A stretch of DNA of 27,003 nt from Chloroflexota bacterium (GTDB taxonomy: Bacteria > Chloroflexota > Dehalococcoidia > Lucifugimonadales > JADFKI01). Of the stretch, positions 8,650 to 17,424 are shown piece after piece. The stretch is taken from assembly GCA_027623195.1 (NCBI GenBank), contig JAQBUT010000034.1:1-27003 (forward strand). The letters run 5' to 3'. The notes below the pieces were generated by a model. That model had not been told where the DNA came from and did not search any database. It was given only the letters and a program-made list of their open reading frames with translations. Position 1 is the stretch's first letter, and every line of letters starts with the position of its first letter. Both the position numbers and the translations under genes were made by a program.

Positions 8650-9822
8650 ATGGCATTGAAGGTAACGCAGATCAAAAGCTATCCAGTTAAGGACGGCGAC
8701 GGCCGAGGCTATTTCATCGTAAAGGTTGAGACCGACGAGGGCATATACGGCCTTGGAGAGGTGGGCATACGAAACTGGAGCGGTGCTGTTGAGAAGGCTG
8801 TTGAGCACCTGTCGCAGATCGTCATAGGGGAGGACCCCTTCAGTACAGAACGGCTATGGCAACACATGTTTCGGGGAGGATTCTTCCCTGCCGACAAGGT
8901 CTACTGTTGCGCCATTAGCGCTATCGACATCGCGTTGTGGGACATCAAGGGCAAGTTCCTGAACATGCCGGTGTACAAGCTGCTGGGCGGCCCGGTTCGT
9001 GACAAGGTGGTCTGCTACCCCCACGCGCAGGGACCGACCATTGAGGCTCTTGTGGAGAACTGCAAGCGCCACGTATCGGAAGGCTGGAAGTTCGTCCGCT
9101 GGGGCCAACCGGAGACATACCCAGAGTTCGAGCAGCGCGGGATGGGACGACTAGAGCCTGTGGAGTCGATGCGAATAGCCGAGGAGCAGATGGCCAGGGT
9201 TCGTGAGGCGGTCGGGCCCGACATAGAGATATGCTTTGACGTGCACACCCGCCTGGATACTGCCCACGTGGTGCAGATGTGCAGGGCATTGGAGCCGTAC
9301 CGGCCCTATTTCATCGAGGATCCGTTGCGATCCGAGAATCCAGCCAGCTACCGAACGCTGGCCCGGCACGTATCACTGCCCATAGCCGCCGGGGAGCAGT
9401 GGGCCAGCAAGTGGCCGTTCCGGGAGGTCATAGAAGAGGAGCTCATCAACTACGCCCGCATAGACCTGTGCATCGTTGGCGGCATAACGGAAGCTCTGAA
9501 GATAACCCACTGGGCGGAGACTCATTACATCGACATCGTGCCGCACAACCCTCTTGGGCCAATCAGTGCGGCGGCGTGCGTCAACCTCTGCATGGCCTCA
9601 ACCAACGTTGGCGTGCAGGAGATGCCTCGTAGGCCTGGCAGCTTCGGCACAGACCTGTTCCCGACACAAATCGGTTGGGAGGATGGCTACGCCTTTGTCA
9701 CCCCCGAAACCGCCGGGCTGGGGGTCGATTTCGACGAGGCATTTGCAGAGGCCCATAGGGCGGACTTGACTGGTTGGACGCCTCAATTACGCAGAAATGA
9801 CGGGGCCTTTACCAACTGGTAA
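8650..9822 (+). CDS. Mandelate racemase/muconate lactonizing enzyme family protein (galactonate/mannonate dehydratase-like)
   Basis: AISAIDIALWDIKGK, LLGG; metal ligands in FDVH, IEDP, AGEQ; PHN catalytic His. Confidence 0.92.
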   Translation: MALKVTQIKSYPVKDGDGRGYFIVKVETDEGIYGLGEVGIRNWSGAVEKAVEHLSQIVIGEDPFSTERLWQHMFRGGFFPADKVYCCAISAIDIALWDIKGKFLNMPVYKLLGGPVRDKVVCYPHAQGPTIEALVENCKRHVSEGWKFVRWGQPETYPEFEQRGMGRLEPVESMRIAEEQMARVREAVGPDIEICFDVHTRLDTAHVVQMCRALEPYRPYFIEDPLRSENPASYRTLARHVSLPIAAGEQWASKWPFREVIEEELINYARIDLCIVGGITEALKITHWAETHYIDIVPHNPLGPISAAACVNLCMASTNVGVQEMPRRPGSFGTDLFPTQIGWEDGYAFVTPETAGLGVDFDEAFAEAHRADLTGWTPQLRRNDGAFTNW

Positions 9823-9850
9823 TCAACGAAAAACAAACTTACAAATGATG

Positions 9851-9879
9851 TTGATTAAGCCCAATATAAGCTGTATGCT
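9851..9879 (+). promoter_or_regulatory. Putative sigma70-type promoter of the Lrp/AsnC gene
   Basis: TTGATT-N17-TATGCT; GGAGG RBS before GTG 9906. Confidence 0.5.
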
Positions 9880-9905
9880 GTTCGCCTACTTCTTGGAGGG
9901 ACGCA

Positions 9906-10139
9906 GTGGTCAAAGCATACGTACTTATTGAAATGGCAGCTGGGCATTCCGGAGAGCTTGTTCGCAGGCTAAGGGAGAATGCCAACGTTCGCACGATGAG
10001 CCGGGTTACCGGACCCTACGACGTCATCGCGACCATCGAAGATGAGGACCTGAACAAGGTGCACAACTTCGTTACGTCCGTTATCCACAGTCAAGATGGT
10101 GTGCTGCGCACCACAACCAGCGTTGTCCTGGAGCAGTAG
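9906..10139 (+). CDS. Stand-alone Lrp/AsnC ligand-binding (RAM) domain protein
   Basis: KAYVLI...VTGPYDVIA...GVLRTTTS; 77 aa with no HTH. Confidence 0.9.
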   Translation: MVKAYVLIEMAAGHSGELVRRLRENANVRTMSRVTGPYDVIATIEDEDLNKVHNFVTSVIHSQDGVLRTTTSVVLEQ

Positions 10140-10155
10140 CAGACAGTTTTCAGGC

Positions 10156-10179
10156 AAAAAAAACCTCGTGAATCACGAG
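10156..10179 (-). terminator. Intrinsic terminator downstream of plsY
   Basis: Minus strand CTCGTG-ATT-CACGAG followed by G and T8. Confidence 0.65.
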
Positions 10180-10243
10180 AGTCCAATTTTAAAGGTTATC
10201 TTTTGACTGTGTCCGTCGCACTGGGACTCGCTCACCTAAGCAG

Positions 10244-10900
10244 CTAACTGAAGCCTCTCGGGTCCGCTGCACCATCCACATCTTCCAAATCGTCCCATTC
10301 CAGACCGTTGTCTCGCCTGCGGTGGTGTCCCAAAGAAGCCCTGGCCAACACCAGAGCCGAGAGCCCTCCCAAGCCTAGCGCCAACGGTAATTCACCATTG
10401 GTGCTGAGAACCAAAGCCGCCACCGTTCCGTACCCGAAGACCACGCTAAGCAACGACGTGTAGGGCAACTTTTGACCGCCCAGCGCCACCACAAGGGCCA
10501 CCAGCACGCCTATCACTCCGTAATCCGGAAACATGCCAATCATGATTCCCGCCAGGATGGACAGACCATCCCCCCCACGGAATCTTGTGAATACGGAATT
10601 CCAATGCCCTGCTATGGCAGCCAGTGCCGGAAGCACAATCCACGCGTCATCTATTCCCAGTAGACGACCAATCAAAAGGGCCACCAGGCCTTTGGTCAGG
10701 TCAAACAAACCTGCCAATAGACCTCTGAAATTGCCCACGTGGCGCCGGACATTGGATGCGCCTGCCAGGCCCGTCCCTACAGAGAATATGTCGACGCCAC
10801 TCCTGCGACTTATCATTGATGCTACCGGTATGGCACCCAATAGATACGCAATGATTATTGCAGGCAACAGGGTCGTTAAGATGAAGCTTAGATGGATCAA
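10244..10900 (-). CDS. plsY: Glycerol-3-phosphate acyltransferase, PlsY family
   Basis: AYLLGAIP, GVDIFSVGTGLAGASNV, DLTKG, GHWNSVFTRFRGGDG; several hydrophobic segments. Confidence 0.85.
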   Translation of the reverse strand: MIHLSFILTTLLPAIIIAYLLGAIPVASMISRRSGVDIFSVGTGLAGASNVRRHVGNFRGLLAGLFDLTKGLVALLIGRLLGIDDAWIVLPALAAIAGHWNSVFTRFRGGDGLSILAGIMIGMFPDYGVIGVLVALVVALGGQKLPYTSLLSVVFGYGTVAALVLSTNGELPLALGLGGLSALVLARASLGHHRRRDNGLEWDDLEDVDGAADPRGFS

Positions 10901-11010
10901 GGCTTAGCTTTAATTTCCTTTTCAGCTATGGGTGCTTACTGATCGATATGAAATTATAACTGTTATATCATGCTAATCAAGGTGCAATTAACTCCAGTGT
11001 AACAGATATA

Positions 11011-11997
11011 TTAAAATTCGAATTCCGTACCAACGCCTTGTGCCCTGGCCTTTTCATACACATGGTATGCCGCCGATATGTCCTGAATGGACAGTCCTAC
11101 ACTCTTGAAAAGGGTAATTTCACTGTCGGACTCCCTGCCCTTCCTACTACCTGTGACCAGCTCTCCAATCTCCCCGCGAATGTCACTCTCCTTCAGCGCG
11201 CCTTCCTCCAGCGGAATCTGAAGGTCGCCGGCTTCGGCAAGACAGGCTTCCACGTTGTCGCAGATGATCTTGGATTTGATTACGGTCTTGGTATCCAGCT
11301 CGCGCACACCTGGAGCGTGTGACCCGATAGCGTTTATGTGAGTGCCCGGCTGGACCCAATCGCCGTCCACAATAGGCGTGGAGGCAGTAGTGGCCAGTGC
11401 AAGTATCTCCGAGCCCTCGATTAGCTCCTGGACGCTACCCACTACGCTGACAGGCACTCCCGTCTGCTGCGCCAGATCGTCGGCGAACTTTTGCTGATTC
11501 TCAGGAGTATCCATGGAGAAGCAGATAGCCTTATCCAGCTTATGGGCGGTGGCCATGCCCCAGAGCTGCGCTCTCGCCTGCACTCCTGTACCCAGCACAC
11601 CGGCAACCCTGGCGTTCTCCCTGGCCATGTACTTGGTAGCCAGCCCGGAGACCGCGCCCGTGCGCATGGCAGTGATGTAACCGCCGTCCATAACAGAGAT
11701 GGTCTTGCCTGTTTCGCCGTCCATGAGAATAATGGTCGCCAGTGTCACGGGGAGACCGAACTTGGCCTGGTTATCCTTATATACTGTCACGGCCTTGATG
11801 CCCAGCGCGCCCATCTTCTTTAGCTGCGCCGGCATGAAGGCATACCAGCCATTGTGCTCGAGGTCGCTAATGGCGGTTCGCGGCGGCATTATGGACGTGC
11901 CCTCGGCCAGCTCACCGAAAGCCTGCTCCAATATCGAAATGGTGTCTTCCATGTTCAACAGGCCCTGGATGGTTTCTCGATTTAACAGCAGACTCAT
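11011..11997 (-). CDS. Ornithine cyclodeaminase/mu-crystallin family protein (archaeal-type alanine dehydrogenase-like)
   Basis: ITAMRTGAVSG, GTGVQA Rossmann motif, HINAIG, FKSVGLSIQD. Confidence 0.92.
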   Translation of the reverse strand: MSLLLNRETIQGLLNMEDTISILEQAFGELAEGTSIMPPRTAISDLEHNGWYAFMPAQLKKMGALGIKAVTVYKDNQAKFGLPVTLATIILMDGETGKTISVMDGGYITAMRTGAVSGLATKYMARENARVAGVLGTGVQARAQLWGMATAHKLDKAICFSMDTPENQQKFADDLAQQTGVPVSVVGSVQELIEGSEILALATTASTPIVDGDWVQPGTHINAIGSHAPGVRELDTKTVIKSKIICDNVEACLAEAGDLQIPLEEGALKESDIRGEIGELVTGSRKGRESDSEITLFKSVGLSIQDISAAYHVYEKARAQGVGTEFEF

Positions 11998-12084
11998 TAG
12001 TAACGCCTCTCCATAATGCTTTATTTGCCCGTCACGGCGGTACGTTCATTAACTCTGCACGTAAAGTCGTCAATAGGCCCATGA

Positions 12085-12142
12085 TTCGACAGGCTCACCA
12101 TGAAAGTAAGCGTGAGAATCCGTTCGCTCTGAACCCGTTGAA
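12085..12142. repeat. REP-like imperfect palindromic element, copy 2 (inverted relative to copy 1)
   Basis: TTCGACAGGCTCACCATGAAAG-N14-CGTTCGCTCTGAACCCGTTGAA; same 22+14+22 layout as 5074-5131. Confidence 0.75.
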
Positions 12143-12260
12143 TGGCAGATTGTGCAAGGCCACTTTCATTCAACATCCGAATAAATCTTTCAGGTTGGTA
12201 TTGTACCCCAATCGATGCGGATTCGCCTATAAAGCCCGTCCCAACTGGTAAGCGGTCGGC

Positions 12261-12266
12261 TATAAT
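12261..12266 (+). promoter_or_regulatory. -10 element (TATAAT) directly upstream of recQ
   Basis: Perfect TATAAT 6 nt before the GTG start; no Shine-Dalgarno visible. Confidence 0.55.
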
Positions 12267-12272
12267 ACCCCG

Positions 12273-14432
12273 GTGCAACAGCTACTAAGAGACCACTTCG
12301 GTTACGACGAATTCCGACCTCTGCAAGAGGAGGTTATTGCCAGCGTTCTGGATGGCAAAGACACCCTGGTGCTTATGCCCACCGGCGGCGGCAAGTCCAT
12401 GTGCTACCAGCTCCCCGCCCTTAAGCTGGGCGGCCTGACGCTGGTCATATCACCCCTCATCGCCCTGATGAAGGACCAGGTTGATGCTCTGAAGTCCAAC
12501 GGCATCGCTGCGGAATACATCAACAGCACGCTTTCGGTCGTCGAAATTCGCCGGGTGCAGACTCAGGCCCAAGAGGGCAAATTAAAGATACTCTACATTG
12601 CGCCAGAGCGGCTGGCCCAGGATGCCTTTCGTAAGTTCCTCAAGGGGCTCGAAGTGAGCCTTATTGCCATAGACGAGGCCCACTGTATTTCGGAGTGGGG
12701 TCACGATTTCCGTCCCGACTACCGCAACCTGAAAAGCCTGCGCCAGGAATTTTCGAACGTTCCAGTAATAGCTCTGACGGCCACGGCGACGCAGAAGGTT
12801 AGAGAGGACATCGTTACCCAGCTTGCCCTGAAGAATCCGAAGGTATTTCTCGCAAGCTTCAACCGCGCCAATCTTACCTACCGAGTTATGCCCAAGCGCA
12901 ATTCCTATGAAGCGCTGCTGGCGGCCCTTGCCAAGATAAAAGGGGAGTCGGTCATTGTTTACTGCTTCTCCCGAAAGGACACCGAGGAGCTAGCGGCGGA
13001 TCTGCGTGACGACGGGTACGATGCAGCTGCATATCACGCGGGCCTTAACAACGACCTTCGTCAGAAGACACAAGAGCGGTTCATTCGCGACGAGGTGCCC
13101 ATCATCGCGGCCACCATAGCGTTTGGCATGGGCATCGACAAGCCAGACGTCCGTTTGGTCGCGCACTACGACCTGCCCAAGTCTCTGGAGGGGTACTACC
13201 AGGAGACAGGCAGGGCGGGCCGAGACGGGCTACCAAGTGAGTGCGTCCTGTTCTACAGCTACGCCGACAAGATGAAGCAGGACTTCTTCATTAACCAGGT
13301 AAGGGACGAGGCTGAGCGGGCTAACGCCCAGGAAAAGCTGGACCAGGTTATCCGCTTCTGCGAGACCCACCGCTGCCGCAGGACGTACCTCCTGAGCTAT
13401 TTTGGCGAGGACACGGACGAAGGTTCCTGTGACGGCTGCGACGTTTGCCTCTCTACCAAAGAGGAGTTCGACGCTACGGTCATAACCCAAAAGATATTGT
13501 CCGCCGTGGTTCGCACCGAAGAAAGGTTCGGCGTCGGCCATGTCAGCGACGTTCTGCGCGGCGCCAAGACCAAGCGCATTCGGGAACTCCAACACGACCA
13601 GCTCAGCGTTTACGGAATCGTTACCGACCACTCCGATGAGGAGATCAAAGAGATATTCGGGCTGTTGCTAGACAAGGGGCTACTCCGGAAGAACACGGGG
13701 CAGTACCCCACGATGGGCCTGACAGACTCCGGTAGGGCCTTCTTGAAAGAGCGGGCCAACCTGAAGCTGGTGAGAGCCAAGGCCGACGACGCCACTCCCA
13801 GCAGGTCTGCCGATAGCGTACCTGAGTATGACAAAGCGCTGTTCGATAAGCTACGAGAATTGCGCCGGAAGATGGCCACCGAGCGAAACGTACCGCCCTA
13901 CGTAATCTTCGGCGACACCACCCTGCAGCAGATGGCACACTTCGTTCCACAAAGCCTCGAGGGCCTTGCCCGGATTTCTGGCGTCGGCACGGTAAAGCTC
14001 GAGGAGATGGGAGAGGAGTTCCTATCGCTTATCACGGCGCATGCCCGTATGAACCACCTGCAGGAGCGCAGCAACCGCAATAGCAGGCGGCCAGCCAGAC
14101 GAGTGAATCGGGACGGCTCCACTTACGACCTGACCCGCCAACTGGTGGCCCAGGGCCTTTCGCTAAACGATATCGCCTCCCGCCGAGGAATCTCTGAGGG
14201 CACCGTGCTCTCGCACCTGGAGCAGTTGCAGCAGGCCCGCGAGCCGCTGGACCTGGCAGGCGTGATGCCGCCCCCAGGACGCTTCACCAAGATTAGAGAC
14301 GCCTTCAAACAAGCGGATACTACCAACCTCAGCCCTGTTCGGGCCATACTTGGGACGGACTACTCATACGCAGAGATTCGGGCTGTACGCCTGTACATCA
14401 GGCAAAAACAACTCACAGACGCCAGGAGGTAA
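12273..14432 (+). CDS. recQ: ATP-dependent DNA helicase RecQ
   Basis: MPTGGGKS, DEAHCISEWGHDFRP, QETGRAGRDG, Zn-binding CRR...CDGCDVC, RQC, HRDC (RNVPPYVIF) and an additional C-terminal HTH domain. Confidence 0.97.
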   Translation: MQQLLRDHFGYDEFRPLQEEVIASVLDGKDTLVLMPTGGGKSMCYQLPALKLGGLTLVISPLIALMKDQVDALKSNGIAAEYINSTLSVVEIRRVQTQAQEGKLKILYIAPERLAQDAFRKFLKGLEVSLIAIDEAHCISEWGHDFRPDYRNLKSLRQEFSNVPVIALTATATQKVREDIVTQLALKNPKVFLASFNRANLTYRVMPKRNSYEALLAALAKIKGESVIVYCFSRKDTEELAADLRDDGYDAAAYHAGLNNDLRQKTQERFIRDEVPIIAATIAFGMGIDKPDVRLVAHYDLPKSLEGYYQETGRAGRDGLPSECVLFYSYADKMKQDFFINQVRDEAERANAQEKLDQVIRFCETHRCRRTYLLSYFGEDTDEGSCDGCDVCLSTKEEFDATVITQKILSAVVRTEERFGVGHVSDVLRGAKTKRIRELQHDQLSVYGIVTDHSDEEIKEIFGLLLDKGLLRKNTGQYPTMGLTDSGRAFLKERANLKLVRAKADDATPSRSADSVPEYDKALFDKLRELRRKMATERNVPPYVIFGDTTLQQMAHFVPQSLEGLARISGVGTVKLEEMGEEFLSLITAHARMNHLQERSNRNSRRPARRVNRDGSTYDLTRQLVAQGLSLNDIASRRGISEGTVLSHLEQLQQAREPLDLAGVMPPPGRFTKIRDAFKQADTTNLSPVRAILGTDYSYAEIRAVRLYIRQKQLTDARR

Positions 14433-14435
14433 TTC

Positions 14436-15473
14436 ATGAAATTCGGAGACTTTTTGTTTCCCGAAAGCACCACCCCGGAGACGGATTTTACCGTCATCAA
14501 CGAGTCTCTACGAGAGGCCGAGTTGGCGGACCAGCTTGGCTACCACTCCATCTGGCTGGGTGAGCACCATTTCGATGGGGCCTGCTCCTACGCCGACCCA
14601 ATGACTTTTGCCGGGGCAGTGGTTGCCCGCACGAAGCAGGCGAAGATAGGTTTCTCCGCTGTGCAGACGGCGTTGCATCACCCGGTACGCCTTGCGGAGC
14701 AGGTTGCGCTGCTGGACAATCTGTCCAACGGACGCATGATCGTAGGCACGGCAAGAGGCACGGCCTTCAATTTCTATGAGTACCGAGGCTACGGCGTCGA
14801 CGCCGACGACGGCCGAGAGCTATTGCACGAGACCGAAGAGATATTGCAAAAGTCGTGGACGGGAGACGGTTATCAGCATAACGGCAAACACTGGCAGTTG
14901 GACATCCCCGTGATGCGACCGAAGGTGGTGCAGCAACCGCACCCTCCTATCATCCGCGCAGTGGCAACAGAGGGTTCGACGATTGACATGGGACGTCAGG
15001 GACGGCCAATAATGATGGTGGTGCAGCCCAACGATGTTACCGCGCAGCGATTCGACGTTTACAAGACGGCGATGGTGGAGTCGGGCTACGATGACGAGGC
15101 CATCGCCAACAACATGGACAACTGCTGGATATGGCGCAACGTCTTCGTCGCCGACACTGACGAAGAGGCGGAGCGAATCGGATATCCGGCCTACTCCGGC
15201 AGCCGCCAGCACATCGCATTTACCAGACTGCGCCTCAACAAAGCGGAGGAGCAGGAATCGGTAGCGGCCCCGTTGGAGGACCCCAGGTTCAATCCCGAGA
15301 ACGCGCTTATCACTGGTTCGCCCGATACGGTGGCAGAGAAGATCAAATTGCTGGACGACATGGGCATCGGCGGGCTGATAATACACTTCCGCCTGGGCGC
15401 CATGACCTACGAGCAGAACGAGCACAGCTTGCGCCTGTTCGCCGAAAAGGTCATGCCCCAGTTCCAGAGCTAA
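14436..15473 (+). CDS. LLM-class flavin-dependent oxidoreductase (luciferase-like monooxygenase)
   Basis: WLGEHHF, HHPVRLAEQVALLDNLSNGR, PKVVQQPHPP; AGGAGG RBS inside the end of recQ. Confidence 0.93.
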   Translation: MKFGDFLFPESTTPETDFTVINESLREAELADQLGYHSIWLGEHHFDGACSYADPMTFAGAVVARTKQAKIGFSAVQTALHHPVRLAEQVALLDNLSNGRMIVGTARGTAFNFYEYRGYGVDADDGRELLHETEEILQKSWTGDGYQHNGKHWQLDIPVMRPKVVQQPHPPIIRAVATEGSTIDMGRQGRPIMMVVQPNDVTAQRFDVYKTAMVESGYDDEAIANNMDNCWIWRNVFVADTDEEAERIGYPAYSGSRQHIAFTRLRLNKAEEQESVAAPLEDPRFNPENALITGSPDTVAEKIKLLDDMGIGGLIIHFRLGAMTYEQNEHSLRLFAEKVMPQFQS

Positions 15474-15499
15474 CATTTTCGGCTACCTGACGCTTTAGC

Positions 15500-15529
15500 T
15501 TGCTTCAGTCAAACGGCGATGGCTATAAT
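15500..15529 (+). promoter_or_regulatory. Putative sigma70-type promoter of the ABM gene
   Basis: TTGCTT-N18-TATAAT. Confidence 0.55.
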
Positions 15530-15580
15530 GCCGCTGTCTAATCAAACTTCGTAACTACAATGCACAATTAAGGAGAAAAC

Positions 15581-15922
15581 ATGCACGCGATATTCGTAAC
15601 GATCAACATCAAAGACGGCCACCGGGACGAGTTCATGGCCGCCAGCTTGGGCGACAGCCAGGGCTCCGTTCGCGACGAACCAGGCTGCCATCGCTTCGAC
15701 ATCCTGGAGGACAAGACGAACCCCAACAGGTTCTATCTCTATGAGGTTTACGAGGACCAGGACGCACATATGACCGCCCACCGCAACGCACCGCACTACC
15801 TGAAATGGCGCGAGACGGTCTCCCCCTGGTTCGACGGCGATATCTCGGCTGTTCCCATGAACACGATATTCCCGTCTGACAGCGGCTGGAAGGCGCAGAA
15901 GCCCGGCCTCCTCAACTGGTAA
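15581..15922 (+). CDS. Antibiotic biosynthesis monooxygenase (ABM) family protein, LsrG-like
   Basis: EPGCHRFDI, FYLYEVY, AHRNAPHYLKW; AAGGAG RBS. Confidence 0.9.
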   Translation: MHAIFVTINIKDGHRDEFMAASLGDSQGSVRDEPGCHRFDILEDKTNPNRFYLYEVYEDQDAHMTAHRNAPHYLKWRETVSPWFDGDISAVPMNTIFPSDSGWKAQKPGLLNW

Positions 15923-16037
15923 TTTTTGGATAGAGTTTTCGGTTGCAGATAAACGTTCGACTTGATATTTGCAGAACTTTCGACTAGTCAGACGACAGAA
16001 GAACAACGACCGAAAACCGGACAGACCTAGGCTCGCC

Positions 16038-16066
16038 TTGACATATTTTGTCAGCCCTACTACTGT
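16038..16066 (+). promoter_or_regulatory. sigma70-type promoter with an overlapping palindrome
   Basis: TTGACA-N17-TACTGT; TGACA-N5-TGTCA at 16039-16053. Confidence 0.6.
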
Positions 16067-16111
16067 GTAAGCCATCACTTAAATAAGCTTCTTGCGGTGG
16101 AGGTCAACGGC

Positions 16112-17245
16112 ATGACGACGAACAAAACGCCCAAATCAGGCGACGTGGTACTGCTGATCGGCACCAGGAAGGGTGCGTTCATCTTCAGGAGCGACGAGGC
16201 CCGCAAAGACTGGTCCAGTACGGGGCCGCACATGCCAGGGAGCGCCATCTTCCACATGACTTACGATGCTCGAGGCGACGGCAGGACCTTCGCCGCTTTG
16301 AATAGCATGTGGTTCGGACCTACGATTCAGTTCACCGACGATTTTGGGGAGACGTGGGAAAATCCGGAAATCCAGCCAAGCTTCGTCACCCGCAAGGACA
16401 TGACCGTGAAGAACCTCTGGCACGTCGAGCCAGGGCGTGAAAATGAACCCGGCGTCCTCTACGCAGGCGTGGACCCAGCATCCCTGTTCCGCAGCCAGGA
16501 CAACGGCGTGACCTGGGGCGAGGTGGAAAGTCTTGCCGACCACCCAACGCGAAAGCAGTGGCAGCCCGGCCTTGGGGGCCTGTGCCTCCACAGCATCGCG
16601 GTGGACCCCGATAATGCCAAGCGTATGTGGGTGGGGATGTCTGCCATTGGTGTATTTCGCACAGACGACGGTGGCGAGAGTTGGCACCCGAAAAACTCCG
16701 GTGTTCGTGCCGACTTTCTTCCGGAACGCTTCCCGGAGTTCGGCCAATGCACCCACAAGCTCCTGAAGCCTGCGGCTCTCATGGACAGGCTGTACCAGCA
16801 GAACCACTGCGGCGCGTTCCGCACAGATGACGCCGGCGAAAACTGGACGGACATCACCGAGGGCCTGCCGTCAAGATTTGGTTTCGTATTGGGTTTGCAC
16901 TCGCAAGACCCAGACACGCTGTACGTGGTGCCCGAGGACCAGGTACTGGCAGATGGTGAGGTAGGCGGAGGATATCGAATCGTGAGCGATGCCAAGTTCC
17001 GAGTGTTCCGCAGTCGCAATGGCGGCGCCGACTGGACGCCCATGACCAGAGGCCTGCCCCAACAACACGCGTACCTTCATTGCATGCGCGAGGGCATGGC
17101 GACAGACCCTTTCGAGTCCTGCGGTGTATACGTCGGCACAACGACGGGCCAGGTCTTCTACAGCCGCGACGACGGAGACAACTGGGAGCTGTTAGTGGAC
17201 TACCTGCCACCCATCAACTCCGTGGAATGCGGTGTGGTCTCTTAG
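16112..17245 (+). CDS. BNR/Asp-box repeat beta-propeller protein (sialidase-like fold, cytoplasmic)
   Basis: Repeated (S/T)xDxGxxW boxes (TDDFGETW, SQDNGVTW, TDDGGESW, TDDAGENW, SRNGGADW, SRDDGDNW). No signal peptide. Start at ATG 16112 after GGAGGT. Confidence 0.9.
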   Translation: MTTNKTPKSGDVVLLIGTRKGAFIFRSDEARKDWSSTGPHMPGSAIFHMTYDARGDGRTFAALNSMWFGPTIQFTDDFGETWENPEIQPSFVTRKDMTVKNLWHVEPGRENEPGVLYAGVDPASLFRSQDNGVTWGEVESLADHPTRKQWQPGLGGLCLHSIAVDPDNAKRMWVGMSAIGVFRTDDGGESWHPKNSGVRADFLPERFPEFGQCTHKLLKPAALMDRLYQQNHCGAFRTDDAGENWTDITEGLPSRFGFVLGLHSQDPDTLYVVPEDQVLADGEVGGGYRIVSDAKFRVFRSRNGGADWTPMTRGLPQQHAYLHCMREGMATDPFESCGVYVGTTTGQVFYSRDDGDNWELLVDYLPPINSVECGVVS

Positions 17246-17292
17246 GCACTAGGGAAATCTATGGGTGCTTACCAACTGATCCAAGCCCGTCC

Positions 17293-17390
17293 TTCTACAG
17301 GCTCCGGACAAACGGATCATAGAAGTAAGGTTATTAGGGAAATCCCGATTTTATTGAGAGTCTCGACAAGGTGGAACCTTTCGAACCACA
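17293..17390. repeat. REP-like element, degenerate copy 3, between convergent genes
   Basis: TTCTACAGGCTCCGGACAAACG arm; distal GGTGGAACCTTTCGAACCACA matches the end of copy 1 (TCGAACCACA). Confidence 0.55.
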
Positions 17391-17424
17391 GGCGATTTTA
17401 GGTTCCGTGGTCCCGACTAACTTA

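Noticed and set aside
1682..10089. DnaA-box-like 9-mers (TTATCCACT at 1682, TTATCCACA at 10081)
   Set aside because: Isolated, and one is inside a CDS; no cluster or origin context.
12021..12278. 85-aa minus-strand ORF in the gap between the cyclodeaminase gene and recQ (likewise small ORFs at 21795-22032)
   Set aside because: Overlaps promoter and palindromic repeat sequence; the translation reflects the repeat.
5074..17390. Palindromic repeats as a CRISPR array or integron attC sites
   Set aside because: Copies are kilobases apart, lack regular spacers and the RYYYAAC/GTTRRRY ends, and there is no cas or integrase gene.
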